Origin: a virus
Lineage: Duplodnaviria; Caudoviricetes
DNA length: 64,000 bases
Virus record (IMG/VR): IMGVR_UViG_3300029288_000151
Coordinates: 1-64,000 of that record
Strand: one strand, 5' to 3'
The notes below the pieces were generated by a model, which searched no databases, had not been told where the DNA came from, and worked only from the letters and a program-made list of their open reading frames with translations. The position numbers and the translations under genes are program-made. This document shows positions 1 through 10,003 of this stretch, one piece after another. How positions within the stretch are numbered: the stretch's first letter is position 1; every line of letters starts with the position of its first letter.

Positions 1-208
1 CTTGCAGAAGACTTGCTCTTGATTCTTCTCCTATCAAAACAGAGTAGTCGTTTGTAGAAATAATAGGTAGATTAAGATTTGGATGGGTCTGCATATATTC
101 AGAAAGAGCTTCTTCTAGCTGATCTGCCGTAGGGATAACACCATCAAGGAGGAACTCTTTATGAAGTCTCTCTAAGATGTACTCTTTGTGCGCGCGGATA
201 ATAGACAT
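1..208 (-). CDS. Partial CDS (5' end; runs off the window), probable baseplate/tail structural protein
   Basis: Not in the ORF track. The ATG at 208 overlaps the TAA of the upstream gene (TAATG). The frame is open to base 1: MSIIRAHKEYILERLHKEFLLDGVIPTADQLEEALSEY... Confidence 0.75.
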   Translation of the reverse strand, partial: MSIIRAHKEYILERLHKEFLLDGVIPTADQLEEALSEYMQTHPNLNLPIISTNDYSVLIGEESRASLLQ

Positions 209-3200
209 TATACTTCTCCAATCATATCGGTAGTAATCGCTTTCAAGGCAAAGTCTTTGCAAATAGGAGAGAAGTACGGTTCTAGATCTTTTAGTGATTC
301 TTGTACACTATTATAATAACCATATCCCACTCTAACAAACTTTGGCCTTAAACTCGAAACACTTGTGTTCCCGATAAAACGCACACCAAAACTCGGCTTA
401 AGTTCAATAGTTTTTCCTTCCTCGTTTACTTCTTGAATATCTTCTTCTCGAACAAGTTCTGAAATATTATAGAAGGCACTGTACATACTTACTTTCGCTG
501 TTACTGTTCCCCCAAGAACAGCAGTAGCGAAATAAAGAGTTCCATTATCATAATCGACAGAATAGAATCCTCTTCGATCGATCCCTGTCGTTAGGTCCTC
601 ATACTCGTATTTAACAACATGTTCTCCAAGACCTATGTCTTCGCCATCGCTTACAACAACAGTAACTTCTCCAGTCTCTCTGTCGACGAACCAATCTCCA
701 TCCTCTGACAGAGAAGTCACGTCTGCATATTCTGTAACAAACTGGCAGTCTTTAATCTCTGCCGGATAGACAATAGATCTAGTAAAAGCCAAACTACCGA
801 TAATAGGCTTGCTGGTAGTTATATTGGGGATAGTAAATGTTTTTGTGCCATTGCTAGACTGAGAGGCTACTGTATAAGTAGCAACTTTTGTATTTGATAA
901 TTCCGTATACCCGTCAACATAGGGGACCTCAATCAGTTTTATATCTTCGGCAACGAGACCAGGAGTTGTTTTTATTGTTCCCGGAATAATCTTTTGTTTC
1001 CACCAGTCGTGGGCTTTAATATTTTCATCAGTGATCTGAACAGATTTATCTCCTGCAGAAACTGTTCTTGAAACATCAAATTGTTTTATCGCCGAGGGAG
1101 ATAAAGAAAGTCTTGTTAGGTCTATCTTGCCTGTGAACTTATCTTTATAGAAAGACCACTCAGAAGAGTCAAGAACTTTAAATTCTCTATATTTAAAATA
1201 AAACTCAACTCTGCTAATAGAAGTTATTTGATGCCCAAAATAGAACTTACCAGTACGAGGATTAAAGGTATACCGATTTGTCATTAAAGTAGTCCCATTA
1301 TAAAGCTCGGAACTACCATCAACAAAAGCAACATATCCGTCAACATGAGCTACAGCATCATCAGTATTATGGAATTGCCTTAGAGCGCTTGTCCCTGGTA
1401 AAGGAAGTCCTGTGGCAGGACTAAGCTCTTTCATAACGAAAGCAGATAAATCATATACTGGTGGCAACCAGCCAAAGTCAGCTTTTGAGACCATAGAGGA
1501 AAAGAGATATTTTGCAGTGTCTCTTAAGCCGCTTCCTAAAAGAGAAGGTGCTTTTGATTTATCCTTCTTCTTTAAAGAAGATAAGTTTATTGAGTAGTTA
1601 GGTTTATTCCTTTTGTTTATTGAAGAGTAAAAACCTGGTCTTCCCTTCTCTCCAATAGAAGTAACTTTTGTCTTTGATTGTGTAGCGATAGCAACATTCA
1701 AATTGTCTATAACCTTTCCTGCCGACAGGACAACCTTTTCATAAGTCCCGTCTGGTTCCACGATAGTACTTGTCTCATCTACATTCGCCAGTAAAGCAGT
1801 AGGAGTAACAACATACATGTTGCTATCGAAACCATCTGCTGCTTCAGAAAGATTCAAAAGCCAACTCTCTTCTCCCTTTTCTAAAGGAGGATTATCTCCA
1901 TCAAGACAGATCTGGATTCTCGCTCCTGCTCCAGGGATCTTCCCGTACTTGTCATCCCCACTAAGATGAACGAACTGTAACTCCATTCCATTATTATTGA
2001 GGAAATAAACTCGCGACGTTTCATCTAGAGAGGTAAGATCTGCTACGCTCTTTGAAGAGTAACCCCACTGTTCTCCATTAACAAACACTCGGATCTTATC
2101 TTCAAGATTTTTTATGCTCGACTTAAAGGGGAGTTTAAATCTAACTGTATCAGTAGAAGCATTGTCTACATTAAACTCAATGAACCCTAAGTCTATTAAC
2201 GGAGACTCTCCAATTACGTCTGCGCCAGAACGCCCTCTTGGACAGCTAAAACTTCCGTACAAAGGCAAAGAGATATCTATTGAGTCCTTTACCGGCTTAT
2301 TCTGTAAACTAATTTTAAATGGTGTTTGTCCAGGCAGAGAAGTAATCTCTGTCGTATATAACTTATCGCTCTTTAAAACAACATTCCCAGAGAAAGCCTC
2401 TGGATATCTTGTCATCGTAATCTTATGACGAAGACTCGTTATCTCTGTAGAGGTTTGCACTGATCCAGATTGAGAATTATTTATGTTTATAACCTCTGGA
2501 TAAGTAGAATAATCCCTTCCCTGTGGCTGGATTGCAAGCCAGGTTGCTCCGTCGTCGTGAGAGATCTCATGTTTTATATCTGCCAATGTCGAGACTTCTG
2601 TAGGATTCTCTGACGCCCAAATAGATACTTTTGTAATAGGATCGCCAACATCAATTAAAGAAGAGATAAGCTCTCCTTCTTTCTGGAACTTCCTTGAGTA
2701 GACATCGATGTCCCTAATACCAATCGCGTATCTAAGCAAAGAGACACCGCTAGAATTCTCTATCTCATAAGGAGAGTTCTGTTCAAAGACAAGATGAATA
2801 AATTTTGCCCTTCTCGGGAGGAAAGAGTAGAACCCTTCTCCACTATATTTGCTTGTCTTGCCAGACAGAGTAAAGACTTCCTCTTCTATCTCTGACATGA
2901 AATCGGAGATAGGAACTTCTTCTTTAATAGAGAAATATACAGCTCCATCCAGAGAGGTCTCTACCTTTGACAAAAAGACAGGAGTTGCCGTGCCAAACTG
3001 GAGAGGATTGATATGAATATGATTAATGATCGTTGCCTCTGATAAGACAAGAGTTAAATCAAGAATAAGAGTTGAAGAAGAGACGTCTTGAGAAACTCTT
3101 TCGTATTCAAACCAAGAGTCTGGCTGGCCATCGCCGATTACCTCTATCTTGTTATGGGGTAGTGCGTCTGCCTGTTGGTTATTCCCTGCTATGCCATTGC

Positions 3201-3789
3201 TTGCCGCATTAATTATATATTTACTGACAGACGCTTTTGTCGGCGAACCATCAAGAGGAAGAAGAATGACTCCTTCTTCCTGATTAAGCAGACATTCGGT
3301 CTTGCTTAAAAGACTAGAACCAATATCAAGATGGAGAGAGCTATTAAATCCATCACCAAAGAAAAATCCAATACCACTCGATGGGTTCGCATAAAGAGAA
3401 AAATCTCCAACCTTAGAAGCGACCTTCCTTTCTGTATCAAGAAGCTTTTCCCTAAGAGCAATAACAGTATTGAAGTTAGCACTAATTAACTTATCAATTT
3501 CTCCAGTCTCGGCGAAAAGAATTCTTAAGTCTTTGTCGATAGCAGAAAACAAAAGATTATAATCTACAGGGTCAGTGGGCATCCCCGCTACGATTGGACG
3601 AATTGTCCCAACAATAGAAGTACCAATTGACTCTAGGAAAGAAGAGACAATCTCATTGTAATATCCAGAAAGATCGTCTTCATAAGTATACTCATTATTC
3701 TGATAAAAAGTATTTAGCGGCTCAAGCATTACCTTTAGCCGCGCCTCAATCATTTCTGAAAACGGAGTAGATGTAAGTTTATTTATCAT
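208..3789 (-). CDS. Large baseplate/tail structural protein (wedge-like, beta-rich)
   Basis: ORF 208..3834. The start is more likely the ATG at 3789 (MINKLTSTPF), 11 nt after the stop of the upstream gene at 3800. The N-terminal helical segment resembles that of 3800..5872. Position lies within the baseplate cluster. Confidence 0.6.
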   Translation of the reverse strand: MINKLTSTPFSEMIEARLKVMLEPLNTFYQNNEYTYEDDLSGYYNEIVSSFLESIGTSIVGTIRPIVAGMPTDPVDYNLLFSAIDKDLRILFAETGEIDKLISANFNTVIALREKLLDTERKVASKVGDFSLYANPSSGIGFFFGDGFNSSLHLDIGSSLLSKTECLLNQEEGVILLPLDGSPTKASVSKYIINAASNGIAGNNQQADALPHNKIEVIGDGQPDSWFEYERVSQDVSSSTLILDLTLVLSEATIINHIHINPLQFGTATPVFLSKVETSLDGAVYFSIKEEVPISDFMSEIEEEVFTLSGKTSKYSGEGFYSFLPRRAKFIHLVFEQNSPYEIENSSGVSLLRYAIGIRDIDVYSRKFQKEGELISSLIDVGDPITKVSIWASENPTEVSTLADIKHEISHDDGATWLAIQPQGRDYSTYPEVININNSQSGSVQTSTEITSLRHKITMTRYPEAFSGNVVLKSDKLYTTEITSLPGQTPFKISLQNKPVKDSIDISLPLYGSFSCPRGRSGADVIGESPLIDLGFIEFNVDNASTDTVRFKLPFKSSIKNLEDKIRVFVNGEQWGYSSKSVADLTSLDETSRVYFLNNNGMELQFVHLSGDDKYGKIPGAGARIQICLDGDNPPLEKGEESWLLNLSEAADGFDSNMYVVTPTALLANVDETSTIVEPDGTYEKVVLSAGKVIDNLNVAIATQSKTKVTSIGEKGRPGFYSSINKRNKPNYSINLSSLKKKDKSKAPSLLGSGLRDTAKYLFSSMVSKADFGWLPPVYDLSAFVMKELSPATGLPLPGTSALRQFHNTDDAVAHVDGYVAFVDGSSELYNGTTLMTNRYTFNPRTGKFYFGHQITSISRVEFYFKYREFKVLDSSEWSFYKDKFTGKIDLTRLSLSPSAIKQFDVSRTVSAGDKSVQITDENIKAHDWWKQKIIPGTIKTTPGLVAEDIKLIEVPYVDGYTELSNTKVATYTVASQSSNGTKTFTIPNITTSKPIIGSLAFTRSIVYPAEIKDCQFVTEYADVTSLSEDGDWFVDRETGEVTVVVSDGEDIGLGEHVVKYEYEDLTTGIDRRGFYSVDYDNGTLYFATAVLGGTVTAKVSMYSAFYNISELVREEDIQEVNEEGKTIELKPSFGVRFIGNTSVSSLRPKFVRVGYGYYNSVQESLKDLEPYFSPICKDFALKAITTDMIGEV

Positions 3790-3799
3790 CTGTTTCTCT

Positions 3800-5872
3800 T
3801 TACTCGAAAGGAGCCATAAGCAACATATATTCACACACTTCTGGAGATAACGAAGAATAAGAAGAATTTTGTCTAAGAGTGATTTGTGTTGATAGCTTTG
3901 AAGTTATGGTCGCCGATACTGGATTCGGGACAAAGCAAAGCTTACTATCTTCTCCTATATAAACTGTTCTTGATGAATTCATATAGACAATACATTGATT
4001 ATCGTCTAGATCATTGTAGATATCTAGCTCGTCTTTCGTGCTTGTCCTAATCCGATAGTCTACAGTAAAGACATCTGTGCTTAATGGGTTCTTTACCTTA
4101 ATCCATAATTTCTGTGCTGGAAGATTCCAACTACTAAAATCATTCCATCCATCTGGCAAATAATTATACCATTCAAGATCGCCACCAGAGTCTTGAGAGA
4201 AGGAGATCATATACTCATCTACTCCATCTCCAAGCTCCATCGGCTCTCCATTCTTATAGACAGAGACAAGATTAAGAGACGAGTAGGTTCCATCAACGCC
4301 ATCGTTTGGAATAATTACCCGTGGGCAAAATCGAAGACAACCGCAGTCAGAAACAAGAGCATTGTCTTCGTGCCTAAACAAGGTTAATCTTTCTCTTATA
4401 ACTCTAATCTGATTGAGAAGAGGGCAAGAGAAGTAATCTGTTTCTACGCCACTAGTCAATGTCCGTTGTCTAACTATCTCATACTCAACAGAACCAGCAT
4501 TTGCGCCAGAACTAAAAGCCCCTACATTTGCCTCTGTTGCTTTAATAGAAACAATGCCAGGGTTTACGATCTCTGTTGGTTTAGATACATAGATTGAACT
4601 CGTGTTATAGAGCCCGTTACCAAACCAAATATTGTCTAGAGATAATTTATAAGCGATCTTGCTGATATGAGTTACGTTATCTTTTGGGACCCCACATGCT
4701 TGAGCAAGATCTGCTGATATTAAAATCTGGTTTGTTAGAGGAGCGATTGTTGTGTTCGTAAACTCGCTATCAGAGTCTTCAAGAAGATCGTAATAATCAA
4801 CGTTGTCCTTATGGAAGAAATCAACTTCCTTATAAGAGGAATGAGCAAATTTAATTATGACTTTCTTTGCAAAGAACTGCTCAAAATCTATTCTCCTCCA
4901 TCCCTCAACAGAGATACTATTGCTGGAAAAATCTTCGTCTTCTTCTAAAAGACTATCAGAGGAAGTGTTCGCAAACCGAGATAATAGATCTCTCTTAAAT
5001 CCATCTGCACCAATTCCCCACATCTCACTAACAGAGAAAGACTCTTCTGCGGCACCCTCCAGAATGCAATAATTTATATCTCTTCCGAAGCCAAGGTCAA
5101 ACTCAACGATAGTATTAACAGACTCAACTACAGTGTCCAGATAAACTGTTCTCGTCCAAAAAGTTCCTTTCGTGCCATCGATAAGATTTTTGATATCCGA
5201 ATAAGCATCTACGTTTAAATCGGTGGCATACGTTCCAGAGTCCGTTAGAAGTCTTGCCGACAGAGGAAGGATCTTTGGCTCATTGGACGTTGAAAGCATT
5301 AGCTTGTGCCCGTGTGGGGAGACATAAGCATCAGGAAGAACCTTTTCAGAAAGAAGCTGGCCTGTCCTATTATTAAAGAATAAGAGTTCTGCATCAGGAT
5401 TAGAACGATTAAGTCTTTGGTCTGCCGTTTGAGAAAATGAGTTTATGATAATACTTGTAAATTCATTATCTTTAGAAGTAAGGATTTCAAGTTTTTTGAT
5501 TAGATCTTCCTGCTCGTTTAATCCCTTTTCAATATCAGAGATGCTATTCATTATTAATGAATGCTGATCCTGTACGCGCTGGCCAATCTCGTCGATCTGA
5601 GAGAAGATAGCCTCTACGTCTCCTTTTGCTATTTGAAGCATTGTATTGTGCGCATCAGAACTACAGAGATAGTTTACGAGCGAACGTACTTGTCGGAACA
5701 AAGGAGAAGGAGAACCTGCATTGATTAGTTTAGTAAGGTTCTTAAGTTCTTTCTCATATTCACTAAGATCTCGAATTTCCCCATTCGCTTTTAACTCATC
5801 AAGGAGAAGAGAGATTTGCTTTGCCTGAACAGCAGGAAGAACCTTCATAATAGAGGTAAGATACTTTCCCAT
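3800..5872 (-). CDS. Baseplate/tail structural protein with discoidin (F5/8)-like segment
   Basis: 690 aa. The segment IKNLIDGTKGTFWTR resembles the start of F5/8-type domains. N-terminus is paralogous to the neighbouring gene. Confidence 0.55.
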   Translation of the reverse strand: MGKYLTSIMKVLPAVQAKQISLLLDELKANGEIRDLSEYEKELKNLTKLINAGSPSPLFRQVRSLVNYLCSSDAHNTMLQIAKGDVEAIFSQIDEIGQRVQDQHSLIMNSISDIEKGLNEQEDLIKKLEILTSKDNEFTSIIINSFSQTADQRLNRSNPDAELLFFNNRTGQLLSEKVLPDAYVSPHGHKLMLSTSNEPKILPLSARLLTDSGTYATDLNVDAYSDIKNLIDGTKGTFWTRTVYLDTVVESVNTIVEFDLGFGRDINYCILEGAAEESFSVSEMWGIGADGFKRDLLSRFANTSSDSLLEEDEDFSSNSISVEGWRRIDFEQFFAKKVIIKFAHSSYKEVDFFHKDNVDYYDLLEDSDSEFTNTTIAPLTNQILISADLAQACGVPKDNVTHISKIAYKLSLDNIWFGNGLYNTSSIYVSKPTEIVNPGIVSIKATEANVGAFSSGANAGSVEYEIVRQRTLTSGVETDYFSCPLLNQIRVIRERLTLFRHEDNALVSDCGCLRFCPRVIIPNDGVDGTYSSLNLVSVYKNGEPMELGDGVDEYMISFSQDSGGDLEWYNYLPDGWNDFSSWNLPAQKLWIKVKNPLSTDVFTVDYRIRTSTKDELDIYNDLDDNQCIVYMNSSRTVYIGEDSKLCFVPNPVSATITSKLSTQITLRQNSSYSSLSPEVCEYMLLMAPFE

Positions 5873-5873
5873 G

Positions 5874-6341
5874 TTAAACCAAAACTAACCCACGGAGACT
5901 ATTCTTTTTAGAGAAGACAACAAAAGGAACTCTCTTTCCTGAGATTGCGATAGTAAGCCATTGCCCGATCATACTTTTTGGGATTAACTTACTTATAGAA
6001 TATGAAGGAATTCTTCCTATGGAACAGATAATCCTTCTACTGGTTTTGTTTATATAAATTGTCTTATCTGTCATCGCTTCTGTTATCTCAACCTGTATGG
6101 CTCGGTAGACACGAATTGATTTTCTTTTACCAATCCCCACAACAACTTCAAATCGATCAAACTGATTCCATTTGCTGTCTCCATTAAAGAGGAGAGCGCC
6201 AGTAGAGCCATCTTCTTCAAGAAGAACTTTGTTGATCTCAGATAAACGACCTTCGCTCCAAGAAGCATTTCCTGAATCAATATCTTTATCGCGACCATAC
6301 TCTTGAGCGTGATCGCTAAAATATTTGATCCAGTATCCCAT
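5874..6341 (-). CDS. Hypothetical protein
   Basis: 155-aa ORF tightly packed in the operon. Confidence 0.7.
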   Translation of the reverse strand: MGYWIKYFSDHAQEYGRDKDIDSGNASWSEGRLSEINKVLLEEDGSTGALLFNGDSKWNQFDRFEVVVGIGKRKSIRVYRAIQVEITEAMTDKTIYINKTSRRIICSIGRIPSYSISKLIPKSMIGQWLTIAISGKRVPFVVFSKKNSLRGLVLV

Positions 6342-6346
6342 TATTA

Positions 6347-6676
6347 TTAGATAGAATCTCCAAGAGCCGGGAGATCCCCCATCTTCATATACAAGGGAGC
6401 ATCATCGCTTCCTGTATTCCATTTTACCCAAGTATAATTTCCGCTCGTAGATTCGTAATCGTCAAAAGAACCAGAAAGCTCAATTGAAGCTACGGTTCGG
6501 TCTGTGTCGTATTCGTTGCCATGAACAACAACCCGATCCAGGATTCTCTTTGGAGATACAAATCGAGGACCGCTTGTGGCAGTCCCTGCTCGCATCTCTG
6601 GTTCTAAATAAAGAGTATCGATTCGAATAGTTTGATCTGCATAATTCTTATATACTCTAACAACTTCGTAGCTCAT
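6347..6676 (-). CDS. Hypothetical (likely virion) protein
   Basis: 109-aa ORF with a GAGGAG RBS upstream. Confidence 0.7.
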   Translation of the reverse strand: MSYEVVRVYKNYADQTIRIDTLYLEPEMRAGTATSGPRFVSPKRILDRVVVHGNEYDTDRTVASIELSGSFDDYESTSGNYTWVKWNTGSDDAPLYMKMGDLPALGDSI

Positions 6677-6687
6677 TGCTTCTCCTC

Positions 6688-7221
6688 TTAGGAAGTATAA
6701 CTATATGCCATTACAAGCTGAATAAATCTATCCCCTGCTGCAGAAGCCGTATCAGGAACATCAAGACGAACCTTTACAAAAGCTTCACCCTCAACAGGGA
6801 TCTCGCCATCAGTTGCTGCTCCAGTCCCGACATTGTTTATTGCGTCATCCTGTAGCTCAATTCCACAGTTTGCATCGGCACCATAACCAGACCGGAAACA
6901 GTAGTAACTCCCAACAGGGAAGGAGTCGTCGTAATCTTGATTAAGATATAACCCTCCTCCACCATGAGACTCAGAACCACTATCATCTCCCCAACCAATT
7001 ACTTCTGTGTAATCAGCATCAGGGTCAGATCCCGAATAACCAGTTCCAGAATAGCGGACAAGATAGAAAGCACAATCTGTTATTGGAAAGTTAACAGCAT
7101 CGTGTCTGATATAAAGATCCTGTGCATCAGAAGTAGCGCCAGGAGAAATCTCCCCAACATCCTGGACATCAGAAAGCGACGTGCCGCCAGATTCTCCTGA
7201 TATTGTGATATTAACTGTCAT
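6688..7221 (-). CDS. Acidic beta-rich virion structural protein
   Basis: 177 aa, AGGAG RBS. Composition and layout resemble 62823..63269 (Ig-like sandwich suggested). Confidence 0.6.
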   Translation of the reverse strand: MTVNITISGESGGTSLSDVQDVGEISPGATSDAQDLYIRHDAVNFPITDCAFYLVRYSGTGYSGSDPDADYTEVIGWGDDSGSESHGGGGLYLNQDYDDSFPVGSYYCFRSGYGADANCGIELQDDAINNVGTGAATDGEIPVEGEAFVKVRLDVPDTASAAGDRFIQLVMAYSYTS

Positions 7222-7233
7222 ATTTACTCCTGG

Positions 7234-7422
7234 TTATTTTTCCCGAAACGTTTTATAAAAAGGTTCCTCATATGGACATTTTACTACTACAGTGATTCCG
7301 TTCGACAATTCCTTATGTTCTTCCACAGAACATTCTGAGTAACGAGCCTTGGCATGGTTTAAAATCGCACTTTCGCAAGCCACACAAAACAGCAGGAAAA
7401 ATAAAAGAATTACTTTATCCAT
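7234..7422 (-). CDS. Small predicted lipoprotein / signal-peptide protein
   Basis: 62 aa. N-terminus MDKVILLFFLLFCVAC has a Lys, a hydrophobic core and a lipobox-like VAC. Confidence 0.5.
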   Translation of the reverse strand: MDKVILLFFLLFCVACESAILNHAKARYSECSVEEHKELSNGITVVVKCPYEEPFYKTFREK

Positions 7423-9995
7423 TAAGCTCCTACGGCAAACTTAAAACTAATATTATTACCAAATGGTGGTTCTGGTGGATCGTCTTCCCTACTATATCCG
7501 CCCTCGACGCTTTCTAGGTCAGAATAACTACACCACCAAGAGTCGTACTTGTCATGGCATGTTACCCTCACATAGTATACCTTATCGTCATCTAGCCCGT
7601 CTAACACATAAGTATTTGTTTCGTAAATAGAATCTGTAACCCGTACTAGATTATGTTTTGTCCATGGGCCATTCAAAGACAAGGAATACCATATATCGTA
7701 AACAAATTCTATTCCCATAGAGGCCCAAGTAACTGTAATGCTTTCGTTTTCAGGAACAAGAGAAAGAATCTGTGGCTTATAACCATAATATCGGACAAGA
7801 GGAGTGATCCCCATCGGGATGTTATTCGCGATTACTTCGTTAATAAACTCCTGAGTATAGACACCAAGAAGAGAGGCAGGAAGCTTTATCACGGCAACTG
7901 CATTCCCTGGATACGGCTGGCCAGAGTATTTGAAGTTTTCATAATACCACTGGACCTCAGGATTCAGCGCCTTGGCTTCTTCGTATTTATCCTCTGGTAT
8001 CCCGCCGCCATTCTCTCTAGTGTCAATAACAGTTAAGTCCTGAATCCCATGAGGAGGATTGACTGTCATCTCTGCCAATATGAAGTATTGACGATAACAA
8101 GAAGGAGCATAAGGAGCGGAGAGACCAAAATAATCAACCTCTTCGGAGGGATCTCTAGTGCTCATTGTCGTATATTCATCGATAAAATTAACTAGTTCAA
8201 TACTATTAGGAGCCACTGGATCATAGATAATATCAATTCCAGAAGAGGGAAAACAGTCTACGTCTGTAGTCAGAGATAAGGAAGTGTCTGTTTTAGAGTC
8301 ATACTTTGCGTATCTCCAATGTAGACCATCGTTAATTCTTACCCATCCTATTGGCGGGAACAAAGAGGCATCTACAACAGAGACTAACGAACCATAAGAT
8401 ATAGTACAATCAGCGGAAAGAGTCGTGGAAGCCTTCCAATTATAATGGAGGCCAAGAACTCCTTCTATTGAATATGCATCATCGTCGCCAAGAATCGTAT
8501 CGTAATTTATATTAATGTTTCCATCAGAACCAATTTGGTTTGACTCTTCTATCAATCCAAGAGAATCAACCTTAAGCCAATGGGCGGAAACAGTTTGAGC
8601 AGAGTTTAAATTTATGATAGCCTGTGGGACAACATAGAGGACTCTGGTCTGTATATGCGCATCTGGATCAAACACAGGGTTCATGTTGAGAGAAGCAAGT
8701 TCTAGGGAAGTCTCCTCGTAATTATAAGTCGCATAGATCTCCCAATAATCTCTTAGCTGAAGATCTGTCTGGACAATTCCTTCCCTCTTATCGAAAGAGA
8801 CAAGATGATCAGAACTCCAGATAACGTAATCCCCGTCATCATTTACAACATCCTGTCCATGAATATTTTTATATCTTGTTTCTAATAGCAATGGATCTTC
8901 TGTAATCGCATATTGAGCTATGCTATCTTTCTCAATAACAAATCTAGGATAAATAAAATACCCAGCACTTCCTATCTTTCGGTGAGGAAGCTTAAACAAG
9001 TTGTCGGTAAACTTTGTACATAGAACACGATCAGTAAACTTATATGGGGCTATAGGATTAAAGGCTTGCGCCTCAAACTCTGGGATCTCATATAAATAAC
9101 TATACTGAGTTGGCGAACCATACCGCCAAGAGAAAGCTCCGTTCGTTATCCGAGGGAACCAAACAGATTCATCATCCGTATAGAGCGGGCCCTGAACAGA
9201 GATTCTGGCATCAGCAAGATACTTTACAGAGAAAGGTTGCCCTGTCGGGGGAACTCTAAGAGAGTAACTATTCCCAACTTTGTTAGCGATATAAGCATTA
9301 CACCAAGGGGCCAGATCAAGAGAGACATACCAGATATCATCTATTGTCGCTTCTGTATAAGCCTGCTCATTCTCAATAAGCTCAGTTACGGTTTCATTGC
9401 TCGCATTAGAGTATTGGACATAGTAAACTTCGTATTCGCCAGTTTCAAAGTCTATATAGTTCTCAAGAGAATTATAGACATGGACTTCAGTATAGACAGG
9501 AGGAACCGTAGGCATCCCAGTAGCTTCATCGTATTCTTGTTTGATTTCAATAAGATACTTATCGCCAGAGACCAAATCAAAATTCTTGTCAAAGATTTTA
9601 ATACTATCTAAATCTATTTCGGCTGGAAGGACATGTCTATAGTATAAAGGCAATGGGGCAGAGACAGTATCTACCACAAACTTTTGGGTCACTAGAATGT
9701 TCTTGTGTGCGATACCAACAGAATTTGTGTTCTCGTAATAAACTTCCGCGCCAGTACGAACGTGAGAGTTCGGATAGAGTCGATCTGACCTATCGCCAAT
9801 AGAAAGAGAATTGTCTGCTGTTATTGCTTGCGACCCAACATAAGATAAACTTATGTAGTCGGCCGGAGGATTCTCAAGATAAAGAATCTTAGCTATCCTC
9901 TTCTTGACGTTTTGGCGACAAAAGAACTCTACATATTTACCTGTCACATTTGTAACAGAATATGAAAAAGAAAGAGATGTAATTGATTCTGTCAT
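7422..9995 (-). CDS. Baseplate/tail protein with C-terminal fibronectin type III domain
   Basis: 857 aa. The C-terminal ITVTW...YDIWYS...YVLDGLDDDKVYYVRV matches the FN3 pattern (W, Y, L-x-x-L-x-x-x-x-x-Y). Confidence 0.65.
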   Translation of the reverse strand: MTESITSLSFSYSVTNVTGKYVEFFCRQNVKKRIAKILYLENPPADYISLSYVGSQAITADNSLSIGDRSDRLYPNSHVRTGAEVYYENTNSVGIAHKNILVTQKFVVDTVSAPLPLYYRHVLPAEIDLDSIKIFDKNFDLVSGDKYLIEIKQEYDEATGMPTVPPVYTEVHVYNSLENYIDFETGEYEVYYVQYSNASNETVTELIENEQAYTEATIDDIWYVSLDLAPWCNAYIANKVGNSYSLRVPPTGQPFSVKYLADARISVQGPLYTDDESVWFPRITNGAFSWRYGSPTQYSYLYEIPEFEAQAFNPIAPYKFTDRVLCTKFTDNLFKLPHRKIGSAGYFIYPRFVIEKDSIAQYAITEDPLLLETRYKNIHGQDVVNDDGDYVIWSSDHLVSFDKREGIVQTDLQLRDYWEIYATYNYEETSLELASLNMNPVFDPDAHIQTRVLYVVPQAIINLNSAQTVSAHWLKVDSLGLIEESNQIGSDGNININYDTILGDDDAYSIEGVLGLHYNWKASTTLSADCTISYGSLVSVVDASLFPPIGWVRINDGLHWRYAKYDSKTDTSLSLTTDVDCFPSSGIDIIYDPVAPNSIELVNFIDEYTTMSTRDPSEEVDYFGLSAPYAPSCYRQYFILAEMTVNPPHGIQDLTVIDTRENGGGIPEDKYEEAKALNPEVQWYYENFKYSGQPYPGNAVAVIKLPASLLGVYTQEFINEVIANNIPMGITPLVRYYGYKPQILSLVPENESITVTWASMGIEFVYDIWYSLSLNGPWTKHNLVRVTDSIYETNTYVLDGLDDDKVYYVRVTCHDKYDSWWCSYSDLESVEGGYSREDDPPEPPFGNNISFKFAVGA

Positions 9996-10003
9996 TTAAA
10001 AAA

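Noticed and set aside
3790-3834. Upstream ATG start (MNICCLWLL...) for the 208..3834 ORF
   Set aside because: It overlaps the upstream gene and gives an atypical peptide; the ATG at 3789 fits the operon spacing better.
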